A stretch of DNA of 64,000 bases from Balanoglossus misakiensis. Taxonomy: Eukaryota > Animalia > Hemichordata. Below, piece by piece: positions 33,601-46,300 of the stretch. Where the stretch lies: NCBI GenBank assembly GCA_040954595.2, contig CM082582.2, positions 7,752,063 through 7,816,062 of the forward strand, given 5' to 3'. How positions within the stretch are numbered: position 1 is the first letter of the stretch; each line of letters begins with the position of its first letter. The notes under the pieces are model-generated. The model searched no databases. It worked only from the letters and a program-made list of their open reading frames with translations, and was not told the DNA's origin. Both the position numbers and the translations under genes were made by a program.

Positions 33601-35315
33601 TTCGGAATTGCGCTTTCACACTCCCACTCGATGCCTTCGTCGCCAGCGTCCGACGCGAGTCTCTCGCAGTTGCAGCAGCAGGTTTCGGGAGGCTCGCAGC
33701 TGCCGTCGGGGCACGATAATCTCGGCCGACAATACCAACCGGGGAATCCCAGCGGGGATAGTTACCCGGGCGACGTCAATGCAACCAGTCCTCTTCGGTC
33801 AAGTGCAATGATATTTACTCCCAAACAGTCTTATCAAGTGGCGTTGGCCCAGGCCGACTTGGCTAGACCGCCGCAAATCAAATCGCCCGGGCCTGTCCAT
33901 AACACTGCCAGTGTGGAACAGAACATGGTGACGACGTACAAGACGTGTGTGGCGTACGTGCCCAGTTCGACGGTGAGCGCGGCGACGTCGTCGGTCGTCG
34001 GCTCCTCCCCTATTCCAGCATTGTCGCCAGCCCCCGCCGCGGTGCCTCAGTCGGACGTTGCGTTTTCGACGGCGCCGCCACACAACACGCACACTGTGTG
34101 TCTCATGAACACGACCGCGGCCAAGGTAGAGACGATTTACACCAGCGCCAAGACGCTCGCGGCGGGCGCGCAGACGAAAGTGACGTACTCGACCGCGTCC
34201 CCGAGGGGCGGCGGCAGCGAGAGCCCAGGAGCCAGTAATTTACACCCGCAGTCCACGTTTCTCGTACCCAGTGCGTCTCCGAGCCTGAACACAGCAACAC
34301 TGCCACCCAGCAATACTTTCAGTAGTAGCGAACAACACCCGGCGACGTACAGCGGAAACGTCGCCCCCAATTACGGGAGCGGTGGGAGCCAAGGCAGCGG
34401 TTACCACGGGAACCACCCGGCGAACTTTCCTCCCAACAACGGGAATAACTTCAACGGAGGCAGGGGACCCCCGATGAGTTACAGTAACAGTGGAAACAAC
34501 GAGAACATGTGTACGAGTAGCGGTAATCACTCGCTGTGCCAGTCGTGCGGTAGCCCGTGCTCGAACAACTCCACCGCGTTTCCCTTCCCGGTGAATCCCG
34601 GATTTGTAGCGGGCCACATGGGCAGTGCTTTACCCTACCACAACTTTCCCAACTTCCTGCCGGCCATGAACGGATTGATAAGCCCCGGAATGCCGCGGTA
34701 CCCTCCGCGGGGGGTTCCCCCGCACCAGCCGCCGTTCCAGAACGGCCTGGGAGACTTCTTTTACACCGGCAACGGTAACTTTGGGTTGATACCTCAGGGC
34801 AGTCCTGCGCTTGTGCCAGGCATTTTCCACCATCACGGCAACGTGTCGCAGCCGGTCATGGGACCCAAGAAGCCCATGATGCTGTCGTGCTACAACTGTG
34901 GCGGACACGGGCACAGGGCCAACGAGTGCAAAGAATCAACCATGGAAGCAGTTCAGTGTAAGTTTCAGTTTTCTGACAAATCATATTTATGCCATTTGTA
35001 AAAAAAAAAAAAAATTCCTGTGATCCCTTTGCCAGAAAATTTGCTCTTGCCAAGGGGAATATAATATCTCCAACATGTGAGTGACATCATTTTAAAGGAC
35101 ACTGGTCCCCCCCTTGACAATTTGCTGTGGGGTGCCAACATGGCATCAGAGTGTGAATCCCCCCGTGCCCTGTCTTGAAGAAACACTGATAATGAGTCCT
35201 TATAGTGCACGTATCCACAAAACAGATTAACCTGTAAAACTGAATGTCTCTTGTTTCCTCTACAGGTAAATACAGTCTCAAGTACGCCCCAGTGACTGAA
35301 AGTGAGAACGATTGA
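24636..35315 (+). CDS. ZCCHC14: ZCCHC14/ZCCHC2-family protein (Smaug-like N-terminus, PX-like domain, SAM domain, C-terminal CCHC knuckle)
   Basis: Exons: 24636-25115, 28919-29165, 29839-29909, 30523-30594, 30773-30836, 31082-31145, 31270-31412, 31594-31657, 32024-32291, 32468-32559, 32711-32958, 33317-34957, 35266-35315. Motifs: VFNWFHDL..RVDFLCGLL..CGPFELRYLGACIEDLARKD, SAM LKSLRLHKY..F..LT..LTEEDL..GITTGAKSKL, knuckle CYNCGGHGHRANEC, and end YSLKYAP resembling the ZCCHC14 C-terminus. Confidence 0.88.
27440..27533 (-). mobile_element. piggyBac-like MITE (~90 bp), copy 1
   Basis: TTAA-CCCTTTCACC ... GGTGAAAGGG-TTAA: TTAA target duplication with CCC/GGG termini. Reverse orientation relative to copies 2 and 3. 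Confidence 0.8.
28376..28484 (+). repeat. (ATTC)n tetranucleotide microsatellite, ~27 units
   Basis: Perfect TCAT/ATTC run in ZCCHC14 intron 1. Confidence 0.97.
31690..31911 (+). repeat. Degenerate (TG)n-rich tract
   Basis: Interrupted TG dinucleotide runs in a ZCCHC14 intron. Confidence 0.8.
32985..33079 (+). mobile_element. piggyBac-like MITE, copy 2
   Basis: TTAG-CCCTTTTGCCACCATGGTTCAGTCCAAACCC...GGGGGTGAAAGGG-TTAA, homologous to copies 1 and 3. Confidence 0.75.
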
Positions 35316-36292
35316 TGAAATGTGTTGTCTTGGTAACCTGACTAGAGAGAGAGAAGAAGAATTTTAGCTTTGAAATGCCTTGCAGAAAGGAGATGATTTT
35401 TAGCCAATCACACCTGATCCAAAGCTGCATAGATTTTTAATTGACATTTTATAGAAGGGAGGAGGAGGAAAAGTTAGTCTTGTAAATGAGTGAAAATAAT
35501 TTGATTTTGATAAAAAAAAAGTGTCAGATATTGTACATGAATGTTTGAGTTCCTTTATCATGACTGTGTAAAGGGGGATGAATGCAGTGGTCATTCATTC
35601 TTTTCTGATGTTGATGATTTTTTGTTAAAGAAAAAGTATACTTTGATTGACACACTGGCTCTGTTTTAGAGTTGTACAGAATGCACTGAAACGTTTTCTC
35701 ATGAACGACTAGCCAATGGTATCTTTCCAGTGGAACAGCTGTATGCTGTTGCCACCACAGACCAGTTCCTTGATTAACTCACATATCTTGCTGTTTTCGT
35801 TCGCTTGCCCAGTGCCCTGACATTTGTCGGAGATAATGGCTTTAAAGGTTTTCTCTTGTTAGCATCTCCCAGCAGTTGTATTTCCTTGTTCATGAAGATT
35901 TGTGCAATGCTAATTTCAGCACTGGTTCCACCCCTACTTGTAGTGCAGAGGTCTAACCTCCCCTTGAAAAACAATAGAGACCAAGGCCAAACCACAGGCA
36001 GAGAGGGTGAAGTATTACATAGCACAGTCATCTTTTGTCGCATTTCCACCTATCTAGTTTTCAAGAATACAACTCTGTGTGCACTCCATTCAATTCGAAT
36101 ATAATATAATATAATTTTATTTTCTGGCAAAAACACTTTTCACCTGTCATTTTATGCCAAAGCGAGATCTCATTTTTCCCCAAAAAAAACAAATCGGATA
36201 ATATGATAAAATCATCTTGTGCGACTCCCAACTTACAGTGTACAGTATTTTGTGTTTGTTCAGAACATGATGAGCATCGCAGTGCCAGTGTA

Positions 36293-36386
36293 TTAACCCC
36301 TTTCACCTCTATGGTTCAGTCCAAACCCTTGTTTTCTTATGGTACAGTTGGACCTGTAAATAGGGAACTGGGGGTGAAAGGGTTAA
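36293..36386 (+). mobile_element. piggyBac-like MITE, copy 3 (in probable ZCCHC14 3'UTR)
   Basis: TTAA-CCCCTTTCACC...ATGGTTCAGTCCAAACCC...GGGGGTGAAAGGG-TTAA. Confidence 0.8.
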
Positions 36387-39300
36387 AGTGAAGAGATCGT
36401 GTCGACCCACAAACGCTGCATACAGAAGTCTGCCGATAAACACTTAACTTGCTGTTGCGTCTTACACTCAGTGCAGAATCTGTAAAATGCTTTTTAGTTT
36501 AATTTTGTGCCAAATAGTCGCAACAGGGAAACTATCCATGTGAATCGCTCCAACAAGCTGGTCACACATGAAGACAACCTGAAATATATGTGTATGTATA
36601 AAATCATAATAAAATGCAAACTCAAAATGTAATGTTATTTTCTGGATTGAAAACCACTTCTTACCCCTTTTCTTGAAATTTACAGTAAATTTTTAAACAG
36701 AGCAGTCGATAGGGATTTGATTCAACAGAAGCAGATTTACATTTTGTTCATATACATTGAAATGTTAGTTATAACGTTGTACTGACACTCAGCAGCTCAG
36801 AGGTTGTTACTGATGGCGTGTCAACCACAGGATATCTTGTGACAATATACTTTTGGTGCCGCAGAAAATAGCACATAGCAATATGTAAGGGTTAATAGTT
36901 TCTGCCCTTGTGGGTAAATAAATGAATATCGGTATTCAACTCATTGTCTTATAATATCAGAAGAAAGCTTTTGTTGTTATTTTTTTGAAAAGAAAGACTC
37001 AAGACACTGTCAATATTCACTATGTTGTACAAAAGTTTGTTTTAAAAGGTTTGAGTGGCTTACATGTTGCCTACCACATGATGACCAGTAAATTAGTATG
37101 GAAATACAGTCAAATTCATGTTAACTGTGATTTTTGATTTTTTTTACAACTCTGGAAAGATTTTTAGATCCAAATTTTCTTTGTTCCTTGCGCCATGTTC
37201 CATGAGATTCGATCCAACTTGTCACGTTAGCAGCAACATCCATCATCCTGGGCACAGCAGAAAACGTTAGCAAAGACTATGCAAAAAATAACAGTGGTAA
37301 TGTGTGGAAATGAATAAATGGCACCCTTGGATGTGTGTTAGTAACACTTGAAAATATTGCTTTGGACCAAATTATAGATAAATTTCCAAATCATCTCATC
37401 CTGACTTGATCATGGATTTCAACTTTTTTCGTTCACATCAGTTTCACCCTGGCTGCCTTTTGCTGCGGTTTACGGTCATAGTGAACATAATATCAACTTT
37501 TTATGAGTGTGTCAAATGAGGCTTTTTTCAGTGATTCCTGGCTTGTCATTGTGTGGCATACTGGTATGCCTTAACATTGGCGTACTATCATACCTCTCAT
37601 GTGTGACTGTGGACACAGATATTTCAGAGCACTACACAAAAGCAGCTGGAAACGACCCTTCTCCGAGCAGCGTCACAGAATTCCAATTTTTTGCAACAAT
37701 TCCAGAATATATGCTTCTTTTGCTGTTCTGTGCGAGCATTCTGATTTCTGTCCTTGATTCATTAGTAATTGCAGTGCTCATTGAGTACATTTCATTCTTG
37801 AGCTGAGCAGTGTATATCATCCTTGTACATAGACTCGTCTTTCTATTTTACGATTTACATCTCATGAATCTTGTTTGGATTTTTTTGTCATAAAAGTAAA
37901 CTTTTGCTTTTCAGAAGCCTGTTGAAAGAAGACTTTGTAAATGATGGAGATCAACTGTTCGATATTTTATTTTCGCATTTGATTGTATTTTTTTTTTTTG
38001 ATGATTACTATGAGAAAATTACATTTAAAAAAATAAATTTAGAGATGAGAGAGGTTTTTACCCGAGATTGCTAGCTAACCACTTATGATTTCACACAGTG
38101 TTTCTACTAGGTGACTTTCAAGTAGCCTGTTTTTACTGTCTCTCCTACCTTTGCTTCTGAAAGTTAGTTTACATTCATTTAGATGTGTGCTTGGTCTTTT
38201 TATCCGTGATAAATGAAGCTATTTTCTTACTGTGTAAAAATTTACTGAAATTCAGGCTGACTAGGTCCTAAAAGCGCAATGATGTGACCGACAACCTCTT
38301 CTTTACACCCTTTGAAGCAAACCACTAACACAGGATTTAGTTCGTGAGTCCATATGCAGATATGTACAATGTATTTGGAATCCGAAACCATTTCACATTG
38401 CCTTGTACTCACAGATCTCCTGTAAACAATGAAGGAGTTCTATGTAAGGGGATCGTACAGGAAGTATTTTTCCTCCATGGTATGACAATGAATGCAAAGC
38501 TTGTCTAGATTTTCACAGTCATGGAAGTGGCAGCCAAAGAATAATGTAAATATGTTGAAGTTGTAAAAAGCCAACCAGATTTTTTGATATTTTATGTGGA
38601 TAGGATTGGTTTGAAGCACAAACTGATATTTGTAAATCAGTGTATGTACATGTACTTGACTTCTCAAGGGTCACTTTAGGTGACCTCATTATTGAGTGTC
38701 GAACAGACAATGTAAACAGATTGTCAAGTGCTCATGATTGATACGACGTTTGTAGCCCGCCAGCAAATCTGACGGAATTTACACGTAACAAAGTTAGAGT
38801 ACTCATGTACCGGTAATTAAAAAAAAAGAGACTCATTATAAATGTATACAGAGGAAAATGATATTCATATTGGAAAGTTTGACATGACTTGTCTAATTGT
38901 TCTCATGAATTTCTTTTTTTTTCGCTGATTCTTCCTTTCTAGTTTCCCTGCAAATGCTTCAATCGATCATGGTAGTGTAGTGCGCCTAACCGAGTTGTGT
39001 TTCTTTATGCCACGTATTAATTTGCATCAAATGTTTTTCGCTCCTGTCAGCCAACACCAATACCCCTTGCATGTGTAATATGTTCCAACATCAGTATTTT
39101 CCTCATCCACAGCAATGTCTGTGTAAATTAAGTTAACATGTATATAATTTATGTAGCATTGTGACTTTTTTCACACACAGATTTGCAGTATTTGTTCTGT
39201 TTTGTTCATTTACAGCGTTGTAACATCACATAGTTTTCAATCCAAGTATTTCCAACTCAAAAGGTTCACAAAGTATATTTCTAGTATGGAAAAAGAAGTT

Positions 39301-40331
39301 ATAATTTTATTCAGCTTAAAAGTAACTGTTAAATGATTGAAAATCATTAAAGAGATGAAAATGTTGACGTTTTCACAGTGTGTGTTCATTATTTCTAACA
39401 TATAATGTGTAGAAGTGTACAGTACAGCAAATGGTTTCAATACGTTTAATATTTGTGGGGTCACCAACAGAGGGCGTATCTCCCGTTAAGTTCAACCCGT
39501 GAAACCCCATAGCAGAACGAACCCGCCGTCCTGCATAGAAGGCCTTCGTCGTTTGCGGAGTATTTTTTGTGATCCCGCCCTCCAAATTACACCAGAGAGA
39601 TACAAATTATACCTCCCGTAATACGCCAAGAGTCTGTCCACAGATATTCTGTAAGTACCATTCAAATATTGTATCAGAGTCATAACGAATAACAACGCTA
39701 TAACGCCTCGTCGTCTAACTTCCTGTTTTATGCCTTGGGCCTGAAAACGTTTATGGTGTGCGTTTACAGAACGAACCATGCATTGTTCTATATCGTGTGC
39801 GGATCGGGTGTAATTACCGATCCAGATTAACTATTTAACCGTTCATTAGGCTTCGAAATTAAATGGAGCCTGAAACCAGGTTTGTTTGCATTCCGATCTA
39901 AAAATTAATACTGCGCTCCAGACCTTTCTAAAAGCAGAGGCGGACGACGGCGGCGTGTCGCACAATAATAAACAAAGCACGATATCAGCACGTGACCTTC
40001 TTAATGAAGCCATAGAATGAAATATGGTTCAGAAAAATTGTGTGATTTTGACAGGATTGTCCAATTTGAGTGATATGTTTTGTAAGCACTGCGCCCTCTT
40101 AGTTTTGTCATGTGACCAGCGCATCTGAAACTTACAACTTATATTAAGTGAAAAAAGGCCATTTTACACCACTGTACGATGTCCTGTTTTTATAGGGCAC
40201 ATGATCCGATCGACATAAATCTGCAATAAGGCTAATCAGATTTCTGTCATGTATAGAATGTGGTTGTCATGTATACTTTTCTTTTCTTTCAGGATCACAG
40301 TTTATGAAGATTGTTTTTCTAATATACAGCA

Positions 40332-43300
40332 ATGGCAGAAGATTTTGATGTAGAGGCTATGTTGGAAGCACCTTATAAAAAGGAGGTATGTACTAAGAAT
40401 TGGAATAATTCCTTTTATGTACAAGTTATATTTTAGTATTGACAAATAATTAAAAAAAATGAGCTCCTCACTGGGTATAATCCAACGTATCGTTAGGAAT
40501 GTGAGATAGCTGATTCATACCATGGGAATGTTATCTACTAGCAAGTGCTTAGTGGAATAATTTAATCCGGCAATGTCAAAAATTGTTTCCAAGCTTATCA
40601 TTTGTGTAGAATGAAAGGAATGTGAAGTACTTGACTTTCATGGTATTCATCTGGTCAGGTAGGTTTTCCAGAAGATATTCCAATTTCAAAATTTAAAAAA
40701 ATGACGTGCACTGTTTCAGTTGGAATTTTCTGTCAAATTGATGCATCGATTTAACCAGATTGGTGAGGATTTCAAGGCCATGGGAGGACTGCCACCAACC
40801 CATGGAATGAAAATATAATGTGCAAGCTCCAGCCAGAATAAGAAGAGTAAAAAACCCTGCATTGTTGAAATAGCATTTTACTTGGGTTGTGACGAAATTG
40901 ATATCTTTTGACATCACACTGGCCATTTTGTCAGAATTTTAACAAAATTAGCCAAATGTCAAAAGATATCTGTTTGTCTTAGGTCACATCCATATCTGTA
41001 TTCTGCTGTGCAAATCTCTGAATGTATTTTTTCAGGGTCAAACTTTGCAGTGCTTATCTGAAGGGGTTAGCAATTGGTCTGTGACATGAAGCAGCTGCTG
41101 TCATAGGGCCAGCTTCTTGGCATCCTTTTTTGGAGACATTTGATCATATAACCATTGTTAACATACATTTTACAGTTTTAAGAACCATGTTCATGAAGGC
41201 TAATGGGGTTATTTGCAATATACGACCATGTATGGGTGAGGGCTTTGCAGGGTGTGTGTTGGACAGGATTATTCGGTTGGCAAGTCCACTACACCAGCCA
41301 TTTGCCATGGTGGTATATTGCGAATTACCCTATTATTATATTTCGGTTGTTATATTCATGAAATGCCATTTTATGGTAAATTTGGGATTGAGTGAAGAGC
41401 CACCTGCTATGTAATGGAAGCTGACAAGAACTGGAGAACTTATATGCAAATGAATTGGCATCTTGCAAAAATAGAATGCTTCAGTCTGTGCATAGATACA
41501 CACACATAAATGTGTCGTAGGTTACAGCAGTCAGTGTATTATAGTCCGCTTAACGCTGTAGTAACGTTACAGCACATGTCATTTCCCACTTGCAGTCTGA
41601 AGGTGTGTGGTTTTGATACGGAACAGACTTGTACGTTTGTATACGGGACACGTGGATAATTATGTTATGGCAGTACAGAACCACAGATTCATAACCTAGA
41701 ATGCAAATGTGTGCGTGCATCTGTCAAAAGGAGTGGCAACCAAAACTAATATCAGCAAAATTGTGATTAGTCAGTTCTTTTACACTACCATTTTTGCACA
41801 TTCATTAGCAAGTTAACCACATCGGAATCTAAATTTCGATTTGTTCTGCTGAAAGGTTTGCCTCGTGGTCTTCAATTGATAAAATCGACTCCTTTTTTGA
41901 GTTCACAGAAATTCTGACTGTATATTGCCCATTTGATTTCTTATAGAACCATTGAATTACAGCATAGCAGCGGTCAAGGCTGAATGAGGTAGTCATCTTT
42001 GGGATTTTTGTCTTTTGTGCTGAAACCAATTCTCTGAATGCAGCTAAAGCTTTCTCCATGGACAAGACACTGCGATTCAAAACATTCCACCAAATGGTGG
42101 CGAGTGGTTTGGATTTTCCAAGAAAAAAAATTGTACATTCATAAAAGAGTTTGTCATTACCCTTGCAAAAATATGAGACATGTGTTTTTGTCTGAAGCAT
42201 AGAATAGAATGGAAAAAAATTTTAGATTAGTAGAGAAATAACCATCTATTTATTATTACAGTTTACATATTTCGGCCATGATTTTAAAAAAATCTTGTAG
42301 ATTTTTGTGAATTTTGGCCATGATAATAATTACCTAGGATTTGTTAACTGATAATTGTGCAACTTGAAACTAAAAAGTACCATCCCACTCTCGTCATCTT
42401 AGGGGCATGAGTAGTGGTACCAGTCAGTATACTGCCATGAAGACCAGAAGGTGAAGGACGCTATACTTAGCCTGGACTTCCAGCTTACATCTCCAACAAG
42501 CTACACTTGTTTTGAACAGGGATTGGAGCAGGATGCTTTCCCCTGCTGTTGTGGCCATTTTAGGTTCTCCCGGCGGCCAAACTTAAAGTCACAACAGGAC
42601 TTTGTCAAAGAAATTGTGGCTGTATGGTGGCAAAAAATAGCGCCTGCACTGTCCCCTGTCATCAAAATTCATTGTTGTATAATTTTAAGCACAACCATCG
42701 CCCCCAACCCTTACATCACCGGAGAAACAGCTGAAACCTACACAAAATGGTTACCGTAATCAAATGGGGAAATACCATCTATTTAAGTAGTGCCAAGTAA
42801 ATCTGATCAATTTCTTCTATTTTCTTTTATTTTTTTCCTTCCCCTGTCCCTTCCCTGCCTACCTGTGTACTGTGCCTGTATTGTCTTCTTCACATTGCTG
42901 TTTTGTTTGGACCTTGCTAGGATGATGCCAAGGAAGTCATTAGCAGTAAAGACAGCAAGAAGTCGTGAGTATCTAATATAATTTGATCAGTTGTGTGTCA
43001 GTTCGAATTTGCAACCATCATATGAAGTCTGGGCACGAAAACAGCACAATATATTGATTGCGAAGGGGGGGGGGGGCATTCACTGCAAAGTAAGCAGTGA
43101 TGTAGCGGGGATTGTCAAGTTATCAAATTTCACAATGTTGCGTACAGGTAACCGGTGCCTCATGGCTTCATGTGATTGTTGCAAATGGACGCTTTGTTTA
43201 AAATAGCACACCAAAGACCCGGCCGACCACTGTGTGTTCAGCGATTTTGTGACCAAAAATTCATACAGCAATACGATACTGAATCAAAAATTTAACCATC

Positions 43301-46300
43301 CATATGTGTGTGACTGTTATAATTAGGTCGCAGTCAATTCCTTGGTCAGTACTTTGAGGCTTCCTTTGTCCCTATCAATGTAATTGAAAGCTGCTAGAAA
43401 ACATGCAGGTAGGTTTGATCACATTTGATGGTAAAAAAAGTCTCATTCCAGCTGCCTTGTGTATCGGCTCTTGACTCCAGCTTTTACGTGGTTTCCGCTC
43501 TCCTCCTGGTTTGTCATTCAAGTCATACTCCTCCATCGTGGCATGCTGGAAAGAGTAATTGCTCTTCTTGTTGCACCAAATCAGGCAGATCTTTAAGAGG
43601 TTTTCCCCCCGGGCCCCTTTGGCACCTCTTTTTTATGGGGGGGGGGGGGGGGGGGAATTTCAAGGGCATTCTCAGTGATGTGTGATATTCTGGCACGTAG
43701 TACATACCTAATGACGCTGTTATTGTTTCTTCTCCACAGAAGCAAGAGGAGGAGTAGAAGTCGAAGCAGAAGCAGAGACCGCAATAGAGAACATAGGCGA
43801 AGGTAAATATATTTTAATTAGTATGTTTTTTACAATTTCTTCCCTGACATAATCATCCTTGAGTGAGCTTTATGTGTGTCAACAATATGATTTTAGCTCC
43901 TTTGTGGTACATGTATATGTTAATGTACCGGTATGAGCTTATGGATCAGTTGGTACCTCTGTGAATGTATGTATGTTCTTCCATTGCTTGAGAACTGTTG
44001 TTGTGTTTTGTTCACTAGGAGAAGTCGCAGTCGCAGCAGAGGTCGTCGTAGGAGTAGAAGCAGGAGCAGGGGTCGCTACAGGGATAACAGACATGGGGAG
44101 AGATTCCAAAGGCGCAGTCGATCAAGGAGTCGTGAGAGAAAGCGTGGTAACCGAAACGCAGGCAGGTTTGATAGGAATGATAGACAGGAGCCACGAAAGG
44201 CTACCAGCCCTAGCCCCAAGTAAGTATTGCCATTGATTTACAACATTTATGAAAATCAGGAAAATGACGATATTTCAGTAATACCCTTTAGTCAGTTTCT
44301 AGTTGACTAAGACTCCTTTTCTGTTTTGCCTTTGCAGAAAAAGGGATAACTCTCCAGACCTGCCACCGGAAGAACGTGATGCACGAACAGTGTTTTGCTG
44401 GCAGCTGTCTCAGCGAATACGGCCTAGGGATTTGGAGGAGTTCTTCTCATCTGTTGGCAAAGTAAGAAATATCACTTTAAAGGTAGAATGCACCTCGAAA
44501 ATCAATAAAACATAAATGTTTCCTCAGATGTTGAAATGTCTGATGCAGTTGTCATTTTGTTGGTCAGACCTGGACAGATGAATTTCACGTTTCACTAAGT
44601 CTGTTGTGAGCTTTTCATGGCTCAATTTTGTGGTTGTATTTTTTCCCTTGGCGATATCAACAGTAAGAACAAAATTCAACGGATGTTGACAACATTTTGG
44701 GATAATTATGCTGCCTTGGTATTGACTGTGTGCTTTATTTCGCAGGTTCGTGATGTCCGTCTCATAGCCGATCGTAATTCACGTCGTTCAAAGGGAATTG
44801 CGTACGTCGAGTTCACAAGTAAAGATTGCGTACCCTTGGTAAGTGAGTCTAATGATAAATTATTATAATTTAATTTTCCACATGCTTACAAGATCTTTAA
44901 AAAATGCTGCTGTAAAATGTCATGAGAGTAAGAATATCAACTTCTGTACTAATCATTAACTTTTATGAAACCTTATTTGTTCCCAGGCTCTTGGCTTAAG
45001 TGGCCAGAAAGTTCTGGGTGTGCCAATCATGGTACAAGCATCTCAGGCAGAGAAGAACAGAGCAGCTCAGAATTCCCAAAACCTACAGAAAGGCAATGCT
45101 GGACCAATGAGGTTGTATGTCGGCTCGTTGCATTTCAATATCACAGAAGAAATGTTGAGAGGAATATTTGAACCCTTCGGAAAGGTAAGCAGCATTTAGA
45201 TAATGTGCAGATAAAGTGTGGAATCTGTGGCTCTCCTGACATAAAGTTTTCTTGGGGAAATGAAATTTGTGTATTGAAAGTTGATTAAGATGCACAGTTG
45301 TAAATAAGAAACCTGTGATAAAATGATGTATTGGCCTAGATTACTTCTTTGATTATGGTTGACTTTTAGTGTATCTGTTCATTTTCCATCAGATTGACAA
45401 CATCCAGCTCATGAAAGACAACGAGACAGGCAGATCCAAAGGATATGGTTTCATTACAGTAAGTGTTATTTACTCATTTTATAATGCTTGTCTACATTAA
45501 GTCATTTTCCTCAATTTCGTGACTGAAGTGTGTTGATATCTGATAATCTCAGGTACTGTCAATTGATGTTTACAACCAATGTAATAAATTTAGAAACTAA
45601 TTTGCAAACCTATTCTAATAAACAATGTATTGCTTTTTACTGGCATCAAAAGTTGTCCTAAATAATCAATAAGTACTGAGGAAATTGTCATGTTTGCTTA
45701 CAATCTGCTGTAAAGGCTGATATTCATTCCATGCTCTCTTCTCCTACCCACCAGTTCCACGATGCTGAAGATGCCAAGAAGGCGTTAGAGCAACTGAATG
45801 GATTTGAACTAGCTGGAAGGCCGATGAAAGTTGGTCACGTTACTGAACGCTCAGATGCTGCCACCGATGCCTCGTTCTTGGACAGTGATGAACTGGAGAG
45901 GTCGGGAATTGATTTGGGTACGACAGGAAGGTTACAGCTTATGGCAAAACTTGCTGAAGGTATGTTGGTGTTCATTGGGTATTGCCGATATTTATTTGTT
46001 TTCTAGGAATGAGTTTGCATTTGTGGAAAATTGGGGAATTTTCTTATTGTTAGCCCAATAATAATATATTGTGGATATTTGAAAATTTCTTGCATCAGTT
46101 GAACATTAATATTGGCTTGTAGCAGTGTTCATCCAAGATTGCTTTTTGCAATGCTGATGAAATGTTGCCAAGTTAGATTTGTTTGTAAAAGACAAGAAAA
46201 CAACATGACAGCTGGATGTATTGGTACATGTATTTGTTTTGCGAATGAATCGTCATAGTTTTGACAGTGTGTAAAGAGCATGTGCAAAAGTTTCAGTCTT

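Noticed and set aside
41829-42200. 123-aa ATG-initiated antisense ORF in the long RBM39 intron
   Set aside because: No recognisable domain or splice/promoter support, and the length is plausible by chance. A BLASTP hit would reopen it.
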